Of a stretch of DNA of 64,000 nucleotides, positions 36,480-48,141 are shown one piece after another (position 1 is the stretch's first letter; every line of letters starts with the position of its first letter). A model generated the notes under the pieces. It saw only the letters and a list, made by a program, of their open reading frames with translations, made no database searches and was not told where the DNA came from. The translations under genes were made by a program, and so were the position numbers. The stretch spans positions 19,904,001 to 19,968,000 of the forward strand of contig CM059433.1 in NCBI GenBank assembly GCA_030390025.1. The letters are read 5' to 3'. The DNA comes from Squalus acanthias. Its lineage: Eukaryota.

Positions 36480-36985
36480 TTCTACATAGAATTACATAGA
36501 AATGACAACATTGGAAACAAGCCATTCAGCCCAACCAGTCCGTGTTGGTGTTTTTCCGCCACATAATGCCATCCACCTGCCCTGTTCCCATATCCATTTA
36601 TTCCCTTTTCCTTCAACCACCTATCGAGCATATTCTTAAAAATTGACATCGTCTCTGCTTCAATCACTAACTCTGGTGGTGCATTCTGCAGCCTCACAGC
36701 CCTCTGCATAAAAAAAAATTCTCCTCTCTGTCCTAAATCTCTTGCATTTAATCTTAGATCTCGTTCCTTCATTTTGGAGTCATCAATCACTGAAAACATT
36801 CAGTTTCTATCTACTCTATCCCATCCCTTCATAATTTAAACACCTCTATCAAATCACACCTTAATCTCCCATGTTTTAACAAAAAACAATCCAACTTTTC
36901 AAGTCCTTTCTTTGTATTTGTATTTCCCAATACCAGATAGTGAATCTGTGCTGTGTTCTCTCTATTGACTCAACATCCTTCTTGT
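36480..36985 (-). mobile_element. CR1 3' fragment
   Basis: FFFMQRAVRLQNAPP...FKNMLDRWL; acatagaa tail. Confidence 0.75.
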
Positions 36986-37019
36986 TGGGGAATACTAGAG
37001 AGACTCACTTCGAGTCACT

Positions 37020-38220
37020 GGGGGTAACTTCAACTCCAAAATCGGGAGAAGGGGGGAGGGGTGGGTGGGTTGGGTTCAGGAGGTTAAAACGTTAAAAATC
37101 TGAACCAGGAACCCAACCCACCTGGAACCCACCCACTTCTGGTTTTAACCGAGAAGGGACGGGAGGTGGGCGACCGATCTGCTCCCAGGAGACGGGTCAG
37201 TTGTTGAAACCTTTTAATGAGTCTGAGTGCTTCTATTTTTACAAGGTTTCTATTTTTAACCCATGTTGGCTGGGTAAAAGGAGGCCAGAACTGCTGGATC
37301 CATGAGGTAAGTGCCTTTACAGCACTGCTTGTGGGCCAGGAGGAGCAAGAGTGTTTCCTCCCGGCCCAACAAGTTACCCCGTAACCACCCACCCCAGCCT
37401 TGTGATCTGTCTGACCCCGATCTCCCCACCCCCCCCAATCACTGACCCCCCATCTCTCCCAGTCCCCCCGTGATCACCAACCTCAATCTTCCCCAACCCC
37501 CGATCTTCCCCGACGCACTGCAATCTCTGACCCCCCCATCACCGACCCCCCCATCACCGACCCCGCCGCGATCTCCAACCTGTGATCTTCCCCAACCCCA
37601 AACGATCTCTGACTCTGCCCTGACTGCCCCATGTCTCCCACGATCTCCAACGCCCCCGCGATCTTTCCTGGCACCCCCGCGATCTCTACCCCCAACAACC
37701 ACGCTGTACCCTCCCCCGCGATCTCTACCCCCAACAACCATGCTGTACCCTCCCCCGCGATCTTTCCTGGCACCCCCGCGATCTCTACCCCCAACAACTA
37801 CGCTGTACCCTCCCCCGCGATCTCTACCCCCAACAACCACACTCTACCCTCCCCCGTGATCTCTACCCCCAACCACACTCTACCCTCCCCCGAGATCTCT
37901 ACCCCCAACCACACTCTACCCTCCCCCACGATCTCTACCCCCACACTCTACCACCCCGCTGTGATCTCACGATAGCCCAACAACCATGAAACTTAACTGA
38001 ACTTTGGCTGTCGCCTTTTCTGCATAACTTCCCCGCTCGACAGGCAGCCAAGCCCATCAATCAGACTGGCTTCTGGGCGGGGAATCTGTTTAAAAAAAAA
38101 TGCATGGCATAGAGTTAAAAAACCATGGTGTTCTGGGAAACCTGCCCTTCTGGGTTTCCCAACCATAACTCCTCCCCACCCTCCCTGCTCAGATACCCTG
38201 CCCCTATGAATTTCGGGACC
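37020..38220. mobile_element. Harbinger-type MITE (family C) with internal VNTR
   Basis: Left arm homologous to the reverse complement of 40880-41038; right end gaatttcgggacc. Confidence 0.7.
37400..37965. repeat. C-rich minisatellite
   Basis: Units cccccgcgatctctacccccaacaaccacgctgtaccct (39 bp) interspersed with cccccgcgatctttcctggca (21 bp). Confidence 0.9.
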
Positions 38221-38459
38221 AATGTCTCTGTGCCAGGAATGACAGTTCTAGACAAGAGTCTTATGCTTGTAGATGTATTAGAGGAAATGATACAGATAAC
38301 GCAGAAGGATGCGACCTGTGACCTCACGTTACAGTTGCTGAGCTCAGCAGTAGGATGATCAGCCCTGGTCTTCCTAACTTTGCGTTATATTGTCTCACTT
38401 TTATCCTTCAGCTTTAACATTACCTCATATCCTGCATTCCATGAACTTTACCCCCGATT

Positions 38460-39100
38460 TACATAAGAACATAAGAAATAGGAGCAGGATTAGGCCATCC
38501 GGCCCCTCGAGCCTGCTCCACCATTCAATAAGATCTTTTACCTCAACTTCACTTTCCTGCAGTATCCCCATATCCCTTGATTCCCTTAATAGCCAAAAAT
38601 CTATGGATCTCTGGCTTGAATATACTCAGTGACTGAGCCTCCACAGCCCTCTGGGGTAGAGAATTCCAAAGATTCACCACCCTCTGAGTGAAGAAATTTC
38701 TCTTCATCTCAGTCCTAAATGGCCGACCCCTTATTCTGAGACTGTGACCCCTGGTTCTAGACTCCCCAGCCAGGGAAAACATCCTCCCTGCATCTACCCT
38801 GTCAAGCCCTGTAAGAATTTTGCATGTTTCAATGAGATCACCTCTCATTCTTCTAATCTCGAGAGAATATAGGCCCATTCTACTCAATCTCTCCTCATAG
38901 GACAATCCCCCCTTCCCAGGAACCAGTCTGGTGAACCTTCGTTGCACTCCCTCTAAGGCAAGTATATCCTTCCTTAGGTAAGGAGACCAAAACTGTACAC
39001 AGTACTCCAGGTGTGGTCTCACCAGGGCCCTATATAATTGCAGTAAGACGTCTTTACTCTTATACTCAAAGCCTCTTGTAATAAAGGCCAGCATATCATT
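38460..39100 (-). mobile_element. 5'-truncated CR1
   Basis: ORF 38549-39094 LYRALVRPHLEYCVQFWSP...RMRGDLIE...FFTQRVVNLWNSLP. Confidence 0.95.
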
Positions 39101-39309
39101 TACATTACCTTACGTTAGCTCAGCATTCTAAAGACTTGCTGTCTCGGTGGTATCAGTGCGTGAAGCTCCATGGCCTCCACTCAACTACACTTATGGTGGC
39201 AATGATATGGATAAGCTTATCTACAAGGATGTTGAAGCTACACAAACACAAGGCCAACTATATCTTTACCATTCCAGCTGTACCAGCCATGGAGGCCCTT
39301 TTTCGAACT

Positions 39310-39500
39310 GTGCCATCTTTTACATCCGCTTGAGAGGACAGACGGGACCTCGGTTTAAGGTCTCATCTGAAAGACGGCACCTTCGTACTGCCTCGGTGCT
39401 GCATTGGAGAGTCAACCTAGATGTTGTGCTCAAGCCTCTGGAGTGGGACTTGAACCCACAACCTCCTGACTCAGAGTACGACCCACTGAGTGGCTGACAT
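39310..39500 (-). mobile_element. Deu-SINE 5' fragment
   Basis: Reverse complement of the head and Deu core of 28951-29150. Confidence 0.75.
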
Positions 39501-39603
39501 CTAAGTCTTATTTCTTCCGACCCTTCAACTGTTACAAGTGTGTGGATCCCCAAACTGCACGCAGTATTCCAACTATAGCTTTAGTAAGGTTTTATATAGA
39601 TAA

Positions 39604-39916
39604 GGGCAACACGGTGGCATAGTGGTTAGCACTGTTACCTCACAGCGCCAGGGGCCCGGGTTCAAATCTGGCCTCGGGTGACTGTCTGTGTGGAGTTTGC
39701 ACATTCTCCCCATGTCTGCGTGGGTTTCCTCCGGGTGCTCCGGTTTCCTCCCACAGTCCAAAGATGTGCGGGTTAGGTTGATTTGGCTATGATAAATTGA
39801 CCCTTAATGTTAGGGGGATTAAATACGTGGGGTTACGGGGATAGGGTGGGATATGTGTCGGTGCAGGCTCGATGGGCCGAAATGGCTTCTATCTGCACTG
39901 TGGGGATTCTATGATT
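39604..39916 (+). mobile_element. V-SINE (HE1-like), short-tail form
   Basis: tRNA head and V core; ends ctgcactgtggggattctatgatt. Confidence 0.92.
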
Positions 39917-40449
39917 TGCGTTCTTCTTTTAAGGCTTTATCCACTTGAGGTTTCTTTTAATCTAGTTGGCCAATAATAAAAAGACATTAACAATGCCAAT
40001 TTGACACTTCTTTAAATTTGCAGTAATGAATTTTGCTCATCAGGAATGAAAGGTTGCTGGACTGGAATTGGTATTGTTACAGTCATATTTTAGCTGTCTT
40101 TAGAAAATCGAAGCACTTCCCAGAAATCACAATCCATTGTGGCAAATATTGCAGTGAGACCAATGAACAAATTTAATGAGAATATTTGGTACATGTTTCT
40201 GGCTGTTTCCAAAATTGCATTGTTTTCAAGGAACTTGTTTTTATGTACCAGTGGGGTGAGTTGCGATAATTAGCTTCAAATCCCAGCTGAGCCATCAGAG
40301 GGTGGTAATGGACGGAAAATCAATGGGCAACTGTCTGGGGAGGGGGAGGCAGCCAGTAGCAACAAATTGCTATAAAGTGAAGTAACTGTTTTGTAGGCAG
40401 ACATGATGGGCACTGTGTGCACAGCAAGATCCCACAAACAACACTGAAC

Positions 40450-40685
40450 TCACAGAATCACACAGCACAGAAGGTGGCCATTCAGCGCATCTTGCCTGTG
40501 CCGGCCCTTTGAAAGCGCTATCCAATTAATCCCACTCCCCTGCTCGTTCCTCATAGCCCTGAAATGTTTTCCTTTTCACGTGCATATCCAATTCCCTTTT
40601 TGAAAGTTCCTATTGAATCTGCTTCTGCCACCCTTTCAAGCAGTGCAATCCAGATCCTAACAACGCGCTGCATAAAAATATGAAA
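40450..40685 (-). mobile_element. CR1 3'-end fragment
   Basis: FMQRVVRIWIAL and CR1 tail. Confidence 0.75.
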
Positions 40686-40713
40686 TAAAATAACCAACGA
40701 GTCTTTTTTTTTT

Positions 40714-41038
40714 GGACTGGCGCAGAATAAAAGCATCATGACTGCTGCCAGGATACCGGGCATTCACCACCATGATGTGCTGAGCATGGTCGCACACCAA
40801 CTGCACATTCAGCGAGTGATAACCTTTGCGGATGTGGCACATCTCAGCATTTAGATGTGGTTATATTATGATATTTAAATGGGCAACCCACCTCCTGGGA
40901 GCGGGTTGGCCGCCCGCCCTCCCGTCCCACCTCCGTTAAAACCGGAAGTGGGCAGGTTGGGGTTGGGATTCAGTTTTTTAACACTTTAACCTCCCACCAG
41001 ACCCCAACCCACCTGTTTTTTGGGGTTAAAATTCCCTG
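40714..41038 (-). mobile_element. Truncated Harbinger element: TIR arm fused to a transposase catalytic fragment
   Basis: RKGYHSLNVQLVCDHAQHIMVVNARYPGSSHDAFILRQS (40714-40842) is the HARBI1/DDE_Tnp_4 core; TIR end ggttaaaattccc. Confidence 0.88.
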
Positions 41039-41042
41039 CTAC

Positions 41043-41215
41043 GGGGTTGAAATCCAACTTCCGAGGGGCACAAAAGGGGCGGTATCGGATTGGCCGCCCA
41101 TTATACACTGCCTGATTTTCTTTTCCATTAGATTCAATAGAAAGGAAAATCAGACTGGGTGTATAATAAGTGGATGATCTCTTTTTGTGCCCCAGCCGAA
41201 GTTAAATTTTACCCC
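41043..41215. mobile_element. Fold-back MITE (about 173 bp)
   Basis: ggggttgaaatccaacttc / gaagttaaattttacccc; paired internal arms ggggcacaaaag, attatacac, ctgattttc. Confidence 0.8.
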
Positions 41216-41737
41216 ATATAATTCCTCTTTTCTTACAACCTTTATTCTAATTCTGCAATATGATTCTCTTTATAAATTCCTTATACATTTATTACATAAC
41301 AATCAAGCAGTTAGTTAATCATTATACTGAAGCATTATAAATCTCTAACTTCTTTGTTTCCACATTTATTTAAAATCAGTAACTTTCTCCAGTCTCTTAG
41401 TTTTGTAATAGCTAATTAGTAGTTTCATTGCAACAGCATTGTCCACAACCTTCTGCATGGTTTCCATTCAGAGGCCCTGGATCCTCCCGAATAGTCCATC
41501 GGCTCCTCTTCTTGCTTCTCCTGATGAGCATTTTCTTCGACTCATTTCCCTCTATTTATATCCAAGTTGTTTACATCTCAAGCACCGCAAATATTCTTGG
41601 ACCGAAGCGATTCCTTCTCTAGATCCCCTTCCCATTGCTGTTTCTTCAGGGGCCCATTGGACATCTGAATCTTACCTCCGGATCCAGTTGTCCTCTAAGA
41701 TTAGAGCAAACAGCATCTCAAGATTCGGACAGATGAT

Positions 41738-42500
41738 GACCCAGAATTTGCTGAGAAATTCACAGTGAGTTTAATACGCACGCTGTTATTAGTGTGTAAA
41801 TAACCCAGCAATGTGAGGCAAGGAAGAAATACGCCATGTGATGTGAATCGCCACAAATGGCTGGGCAATTTGCACCGCTCCACCATTAGCCTCGCGAAAA
41901 CAGAAGCTCGCCATCAACCTCCCCACAAGTGTCAAGAAATTGCTGCGTTTGTGCCATAAATGTGAATTAAAATCACCGCAGAAAGTTAGGGCTGCTATTT
42001 TATAGTGTAAGGACTTTGTTCATGGGGTGATTAATGGTTCTGACATGTAACTCAACCTTGGAGACCCAGAAAGGGAAGAATTGAAACTGTGGAGCCACAC
42101 TCCTGCAGGTAGTGAATTGTTCCCAGAGGTTTTAGAAATTTTAAATTTAATATGTTTTCATTTCTTTCTTACTTTGCCTTTCTCTCTCTTTTTCTCTCTC
42201 TCTGAATCCAATCTTTCTTTCCCTCTCTTTATTTCTCGTTCTTTATCTAATTTGACTCCAGTTCACCCTATTTCCTTCTCTGTCGTTCCCTCTGTTTCTT
42301 TCTCTATTTTTAAATTTAATTGGTTAAGCAGATAGACAATTGGTCCCATTGTTCATTAAGGCCCCAGATGCCCGGTTGCCCTCGCAGCACCGTTATCAGC
42401 TTGCACTTCCAGCAATTTATGACACAAAGGTAATTGGAGCTGAAAGGTGAGGAAAACAATCCAACTCATGGAGCATGCAGCGAGATGCCCCAATCCAGCC
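41738..42500. mobile_element. Harbinger-like family B element
   Basis: Starts gacccagaatttgctg; homologous to the reverse complement of 29470-30125. Confidence 0.7.
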
Positions 42501-45465
42501 AATGTCTCATGCTGGGTCAGCATGTGGTCGCTATTGAGTCACTCAGTACCTTTCCATTCGACATATTAATCCCACATGTAATTTTTCTTTACCATGACAC
42601 ATTAGTTCACATTTTGTTATCAGCAGTGGTTAGTTATACAATTTGTGATTTCAACAACCGTGTAATTAATCATTAGTTAATCCCAACACATACATATAAT
42701 GCTATGAAAGTCTGATTGCAGATCGGCAAAGCCATAAAAAAGACAAATAGCATTTTGGGTTTTATTCTTCAGTTTCCTCCAATTTTCTTCTTTGCTCCTC
42801 CTCTCTTGACACCTTGCAGACCTGCTCAAGTGGTCTTAATTCAAATGCGAGCCAAGAAAGTGAGTGTAAGCAGGCCATTTGTCCATGGGAGGGGGGGTGG
42901 GGGGGGGGGGTGCAACGCAACCAAGCTCAATCTTCTGCTCTCCACACTAGTGTGCTCTGAACAGGTGGAGCGCGATCAGGAGTGGAAACCTGGGCAATTT
43001 TCTCTCTTCACAGCCTGGATCAGAGATCAAGTGCAAAGCCCTCTCATCGGCCTGGCTGAGATGTGCTAACTTTGTACACACTAAGGATTGAAGCTGGGAC
43101 GCTTCTCCTCTGCTCGGTACGACTTAGTTACTCACTGTCCTAACCAGCTGTGCCACTGGGGGAACTTCCTGCTGTACTTCTCCAGCATTTAAGCTTTTTA
43201 TTTTTAATTAACAGAACGGTGCTCATTTAACTCGGGGTTGCATAGTAAAATGTTCGCAAGGTCTTGGGGTGAACCTTAAACAGGAACAAAAGCAGTCAGT
43301 CGATAAAGTTTACATTGCAATCAGGTTTCTGTGTTGGCATCATTTTGATTGGCCATGGTTCCCCTTTTTGGGAATTAGTTGCTGGATCCATAACAATCGC
43401 AGCCAACATAACAAATGGAGTTTAACTAATCATACTGGTCAGCAAAGTAATTTTACTACAGTATCTCTTTTGTTGCCCATGCTGAGTCTGCAGACATTCC
43501 AACTTCCTGCTGATAATTTAAAAGTAAAGTACCGTGAAAGATATAATGAGATAAGTTCTTCATTCTGTACAATGGAACAATAATAGCTTACTGGGGAATT
43601 CTTCTGACAGGAAAAATATGACAAAGGATCTGAAGGTCTCACATTTGTGCAAATTATTGCTGAATTGAATAAACTCTCCACTGCTTTCTTCTCATTGTGC
43701 ATTTTTTTGGTTCATTTTCTCTGATAGATGTTTGTACTGATATGTTTACCTGACCTTAAAGAATGAGTCTCCGTACTTCCAATCTAGATCACGTTGTTTA
43801 AAAGCGTTGGGATTTTAAGTATTTTCTTTTTCACTTATTTTTGATTTAAAAAAATAGTGAGCACTATTGATGCCATTGGAGAACTGATTGGAATATGCAC
43901 TGACACTGTAAAGAGGTTAATGTACGGAGTTAATAAACTAGACTGGTGATGTACCCTTGGATAATATTATATGCTACTTTTAACGGCCTTACAGTGTGTG
44001 AGATATGCTAACTTCTCCCAGCACTTAGATTGTTAGCTGTTAGCATTCAACCTCCTTCCTTTTATGGTTCACAGCAACACATTTTGAGTAAGCACGAGAT
44101 ACTTCATGGTGGAGTATACAGCACAGTGATCGGCCTAACTGTATACAGAGACAGCAGCTCTTCGGTTTCTGTATCTTTCGAACTCTCTGAAGAACTATTG
44201 AAAACCATGCTCCTTTATACACCATATTTTGCCTACATCAAAGATAAGACTTCATGACGTCTCTATTCCTGAACCCTTTGGAGACGGTCTATTCTTTAAA
44301 ACAATTGTAGTTGTTTACTCCAAAGCTACTTCCCTCTCGGAAACAAGACTTCCTGACCTAACTGTTCTTAACCTCTTTGAAGAGCAGACTTTATTAACCG
44401 TTATCTTTCTATACTACAGTCAATGAATCCTCTACCTATGTTTCTTACCTTAGCCACTAAAGTTACACTTTAATCACTCATGGCTGATGTCATTACTGCC
44501 ACTTATTTCAAGATAGTGCTTATTGAACTGTTATGTTGAATACATGGGAAGGGCGCTGTGGGATAGAAAACACATTTTAGCACAGAAAGCACGACATAGG
44601 ACCATATGGCTGCCCCATATAGAGAGTGGCTGTGCTCAATTTTCAAATAGGAGCTACACAAATGTTCTCAATGTAAACTGTTGCTAATTTTCAACTAGAA
44701 AATAGCTTACTGTAATTGGACTAACATTAAACTGGTCAATTCATTCACATCCAGTCCAACCCTTCAGGTGCTGTTACTATTCCAGAGGTCCCAGAAGCTT
44801 CTCTTCTCAACCTGCTGCTGTCCTTTCCATCGGTCACCATTACTTTCCATGCTAGTATGATTACTGTGACAATGATTCAATATATCATGATTTTGGGTAG
44901 GTAGGGGCCTCATTTTGCATACCCCACAACGCAGAGTATGGTTTATTTTTCTACTCTAAAAGTTGGTTCCTCACATAAATTTCATTCTCCTGTGCTGGTT
45001 TAATATTTCATGCTTGTGTGTTGTCAATAGTACTGTGCCATTGTGGTTTCTCTAGATACTAACAAGCAATCTAGTGTTTCTGCAAGTCACTAATGTTATC
45101 AATAGGAAGAGGAAATGCTTAAAATCATGCTTTGGGATATCAGCAAAGGATCGTTGTGTAAGTTCATATGAAATTCCACCCCCCCTGCTCTTTAGTGGAC
45201 ATATTAACCCATTGAAAATCGACAAGTTAACATCTCTGCTAAAACAGTAGAGACAGAAATTTCAGACAAACATATCATGCAGTTAAACACAGTGTGATTT
45301 CAGGGCCTAAGTGTTGTCCTGTGCAGAACACTTTGACTTGAGTTTGAATCCAGTCTGGCCTAATGAGATGAAAGTCTCCTTGCACTACTTGCGACAGGAA
45401 ATGTGTGCTGGGCAGTTTTAACCCATTTCCCAGCAGGCACAGATCTATGCAACAAAAAAATACTG

Positions 45466-45727
45466 CCCATTTGACAATAATTGGCACTGTCTGACTGAGA
45501 AATGTCATATATTAGTTAGATATGTAGGTGGCTGATGTGGAAAATAGAACAAAACTACCCATTTAGCATTAATTGGCACTCTGTTTACTGAAAAAAATGG
45601 TATATTAGAAGGCTGTGTAGGTGGGTGATGTGGAAAATGAAACAAAACTTCCCATTTGACATTAATTGGCATTTGTCTTACTGAGAGACGTTATGCTTTA
45701 GATGGCTGTGTAGGTGGCTGATTTGGC
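45466..45727. repeat. Diverged tandem repeat, about 3 x 92 bp
   Basis: Recurring cccatt...taattggca...tgtaggtgg.tgat.tgg. Confidence 0.8.
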
Positions 45728-47024
45728 AAGTGGGATTCAGTTGTTATACTTGGTGCAGTAGGGGGTACTGTTCTGATGTTACAGTTAAAGCAGATTAGAG
45801 AAGACTTTCGCTTGCTTTTCAACCAATCTAGTTTCATGTGGTTGGTGGGTGCAAAAAGTGATACAATTCTATTCGCTGACATTTATATCCTTCACCCTGA
45901 TGAACACAGAGCTCAACTCCCTGGAAAACAAAGTGCTCGTTTTACTACTTAGCTTGGCGTTGTCTGAAAATGAGGTGGCGATGTGTTCAGTTCTGGTTCT
46001 CCTGCCACAAAAAAAACAAATCTGGATGCACTGGAGAAAGTATAGGGGAGAGCAACAATACTGATTCCAAGTGTACAGGTGAGAAGCTATGAAAACAGGT
46101 TAGAGAGGTTCAAGCTCAACAATCTGGAAAGAAGGTAGTTAAATGGGACCTTACTGAGTTATATTAAATCGTGATTGGTTATCCTTCAGAATAATGATAG
46201 CATCTTGGCCGAGCCTAGGGTGGTGTGTCTCTACTCGTAAACTCTGTTTTGCTCACTTGTCTGATATGCTAGAGGCAACCACATTTAATGAAGGTGAATT
46301 GATAGTTTGTTTCTCCAGTCTGGTTGACTGTTTTCTTTCTTTTTTTTCCTTTTTTTCCTTCAGCATGCTGTCTCTTAAAGTGGCACTCATCTTGGTGAAT
46401 GGCATTCCACCACCTGATTCTGTCAGTAGCAAGCTGCTCCCTGGAATTCACATTGATCTCACACTTTATATAGTTTCCTTTTCAATGTGTCCTTATAATG
46501 CTTGTACTAACCTTTGTTGGAATGATTGCTGTCTTTTTGCTGGAACTGGTGACAATCCTGAGCAGCTGATCGTTAGACATCCTTAGTATGCACCCAGACC
46601 ATGTCAGCTAAACCTTGATAAGCATGTTCTATAATCCATGATTAGCCACCCCAAGTAGGATCTCAGTGTTTGGAATCTGACGTTTGTGATTGATTTTGTG
46701 GAGTTTGTTGATTTGGCATTTATATATAAGTCCCATAGTTATGGAGAAGAGATAACAGGACCAGTGCCTCATACACTTTAAACTTGATCTTGATGAAGTG
46801 ATGACAAGAGGTGGATTATGTCCATTAATCAGCTCCATGCATGGTGTGAGTGCTGTGCACTTCTTGGATTTCATGTTCTTTTAGAATAATATGGTCAAAT
46901 AGATGGAAGTGTTTGAGTGAGGGTGCAGTGAAGAAGTGTTGTACTAATCGCTTGGTGCAATAAGGTTTGGTGATCACAGTTGATGAACAATACATTTGGA
47001 CAAGAGGAGGCTACAGCACTTTTT

Positions 47025-47145
47025 TTTATTCGTTCATGGGATGTGGACGTCGCTGGCAAGGCCAGCATTTATTGCCCATCCCTCATTCCTCCGAGAAGGT
47101 GGTGGTGAGCCGCCGCCTTGAACCGCTGCAGTCCGTGTGGTGAAG
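47025..47145 (-). mobile_element. 3' tail of the 30675-31650 LINE family (second copy at about 47620-47735)
   Basis: cgctggcaaggccagcatttattgcccatccc. Confidence 0.8.
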
Positions 47146-47364
47146 TAGTATACTTCTTTGTAGCAGTTTGGTACAACTGAGTGGCTTGCTAGGCAATTTC
47201 AGAGGGCAGTTAAGAGTCACCCACATTGCTGTGGGTCTGGAGTCACATATAGGCCAGACCAGGTAAGGACGGCAGATTAACTTCCCTAAAGGACATTAGT
47301 GAACCAGATGGGTTTGTACAACAATCCGGTAGTTTCATGGTCACCATTACTGATACTAGCTATT

Positions 47365-47510
47365 ACAGTATCCCACGCCATGCTTGTTGATGACCCCTTC
47401 CATGTCCTATGGTACTGGTCTACACAGGCATTAAACTCTCCAAGGAAGATTATGTTATCCTTCTTTGGAACCAAGAAATAATCTGGTGCAGGTCTTTGTA
47501 GAGCTTAAGT
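47365..47510 (-). mobile_element. Degraded RTE-type endonuclease fragment
   Basis: VPKKDNIIFLGEFNACVD resembles the APE motif D.lilLGDFNArVG. Confidence 0.55.
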
Positions 47511-48006
47511 TGTCATTGCTGGGCACAAAGGTGCCTGTTTCAGAGGCAAGAGTGTTATCAACTGAGCAAAGCTGATGCCTCTAACCAAGATATGCATCAC
47601 TAGCACTGCAATGGCTTTTTCTTTTATCCGTTCACAGGATGTGGACGTCGCTGGCAAGGCCAGCATTTATTGCTCATCCCAAATTGCCCTGAGAAGGTAG
47701 TGATGAGCCGCCTTCTTGGACCGCTGCAGTCCGTGGGGTAACTGCAATGGCTGAGATCAGGTAACTCAGTACAGACCGGGGATCACACCTGGAACCTTCC
47801 TGTTTGGATAAGCTCAGAGCCATCGCGGTAGCTCGTAAACTGTCCATTTTAAAGCTGCTTGCCCCTTTTGCCTCTCCTGTTTGGATAAATCTGGATAATA
47901 GTCTCACTCGCCAATGTTACAGTAGCTATTTAATAATTGCTCCATTTGTATAGTGCTTGTTTCAATGGTTTTTTTATTGAATTTTTGAAAAGAACTATTC
48001 TCAGCT

Positions 48007-48141
48007 CAACGTTCCGTGTAAGCTGCGTGACTACGCAACTCTGCTGGTCCCGCGCAGCCCCGGACCGGGTTTTACAATGTTAGCTGTGAATGGGCCCCTT
48101 AAAGGGGCCGCGCACCCAAAAACACATTACGGGGAACATTG
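48007..48141. mobile_element. Small hAT-like MITE
   Basis: TIRs caacgttccgtgtaa / ttacggggaacattg; imperfect 8-bp TSD tctcagct/tctcaccc. Confidence 0.7.

Noticed and set aside
37400..37965. CRISPR-like array
   Set aside because: The units are tandem homologous repeats without unique spacers, the context is eukaryotic, and no cas genes are present
37439..37975. Pro/Thr-rich or Gly/Arg-rich repeat proteins in the ORF track
   Set aside because: These are translations of the minisatellite in several frames
40657..40842. Domesticated HARBI1 gene exon
   Set aside because: It is truncated, fused to a TIR arm and bounded by a CR1 tail, so it is a transposon remnant
45890..45940. Possible hammerhead (ctgatga...gaaa)
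   Set aside because: Stem II is poor, there is no valid stem III or NUH triplet, and it resembles an old repeat tail also seen near 15665-15685
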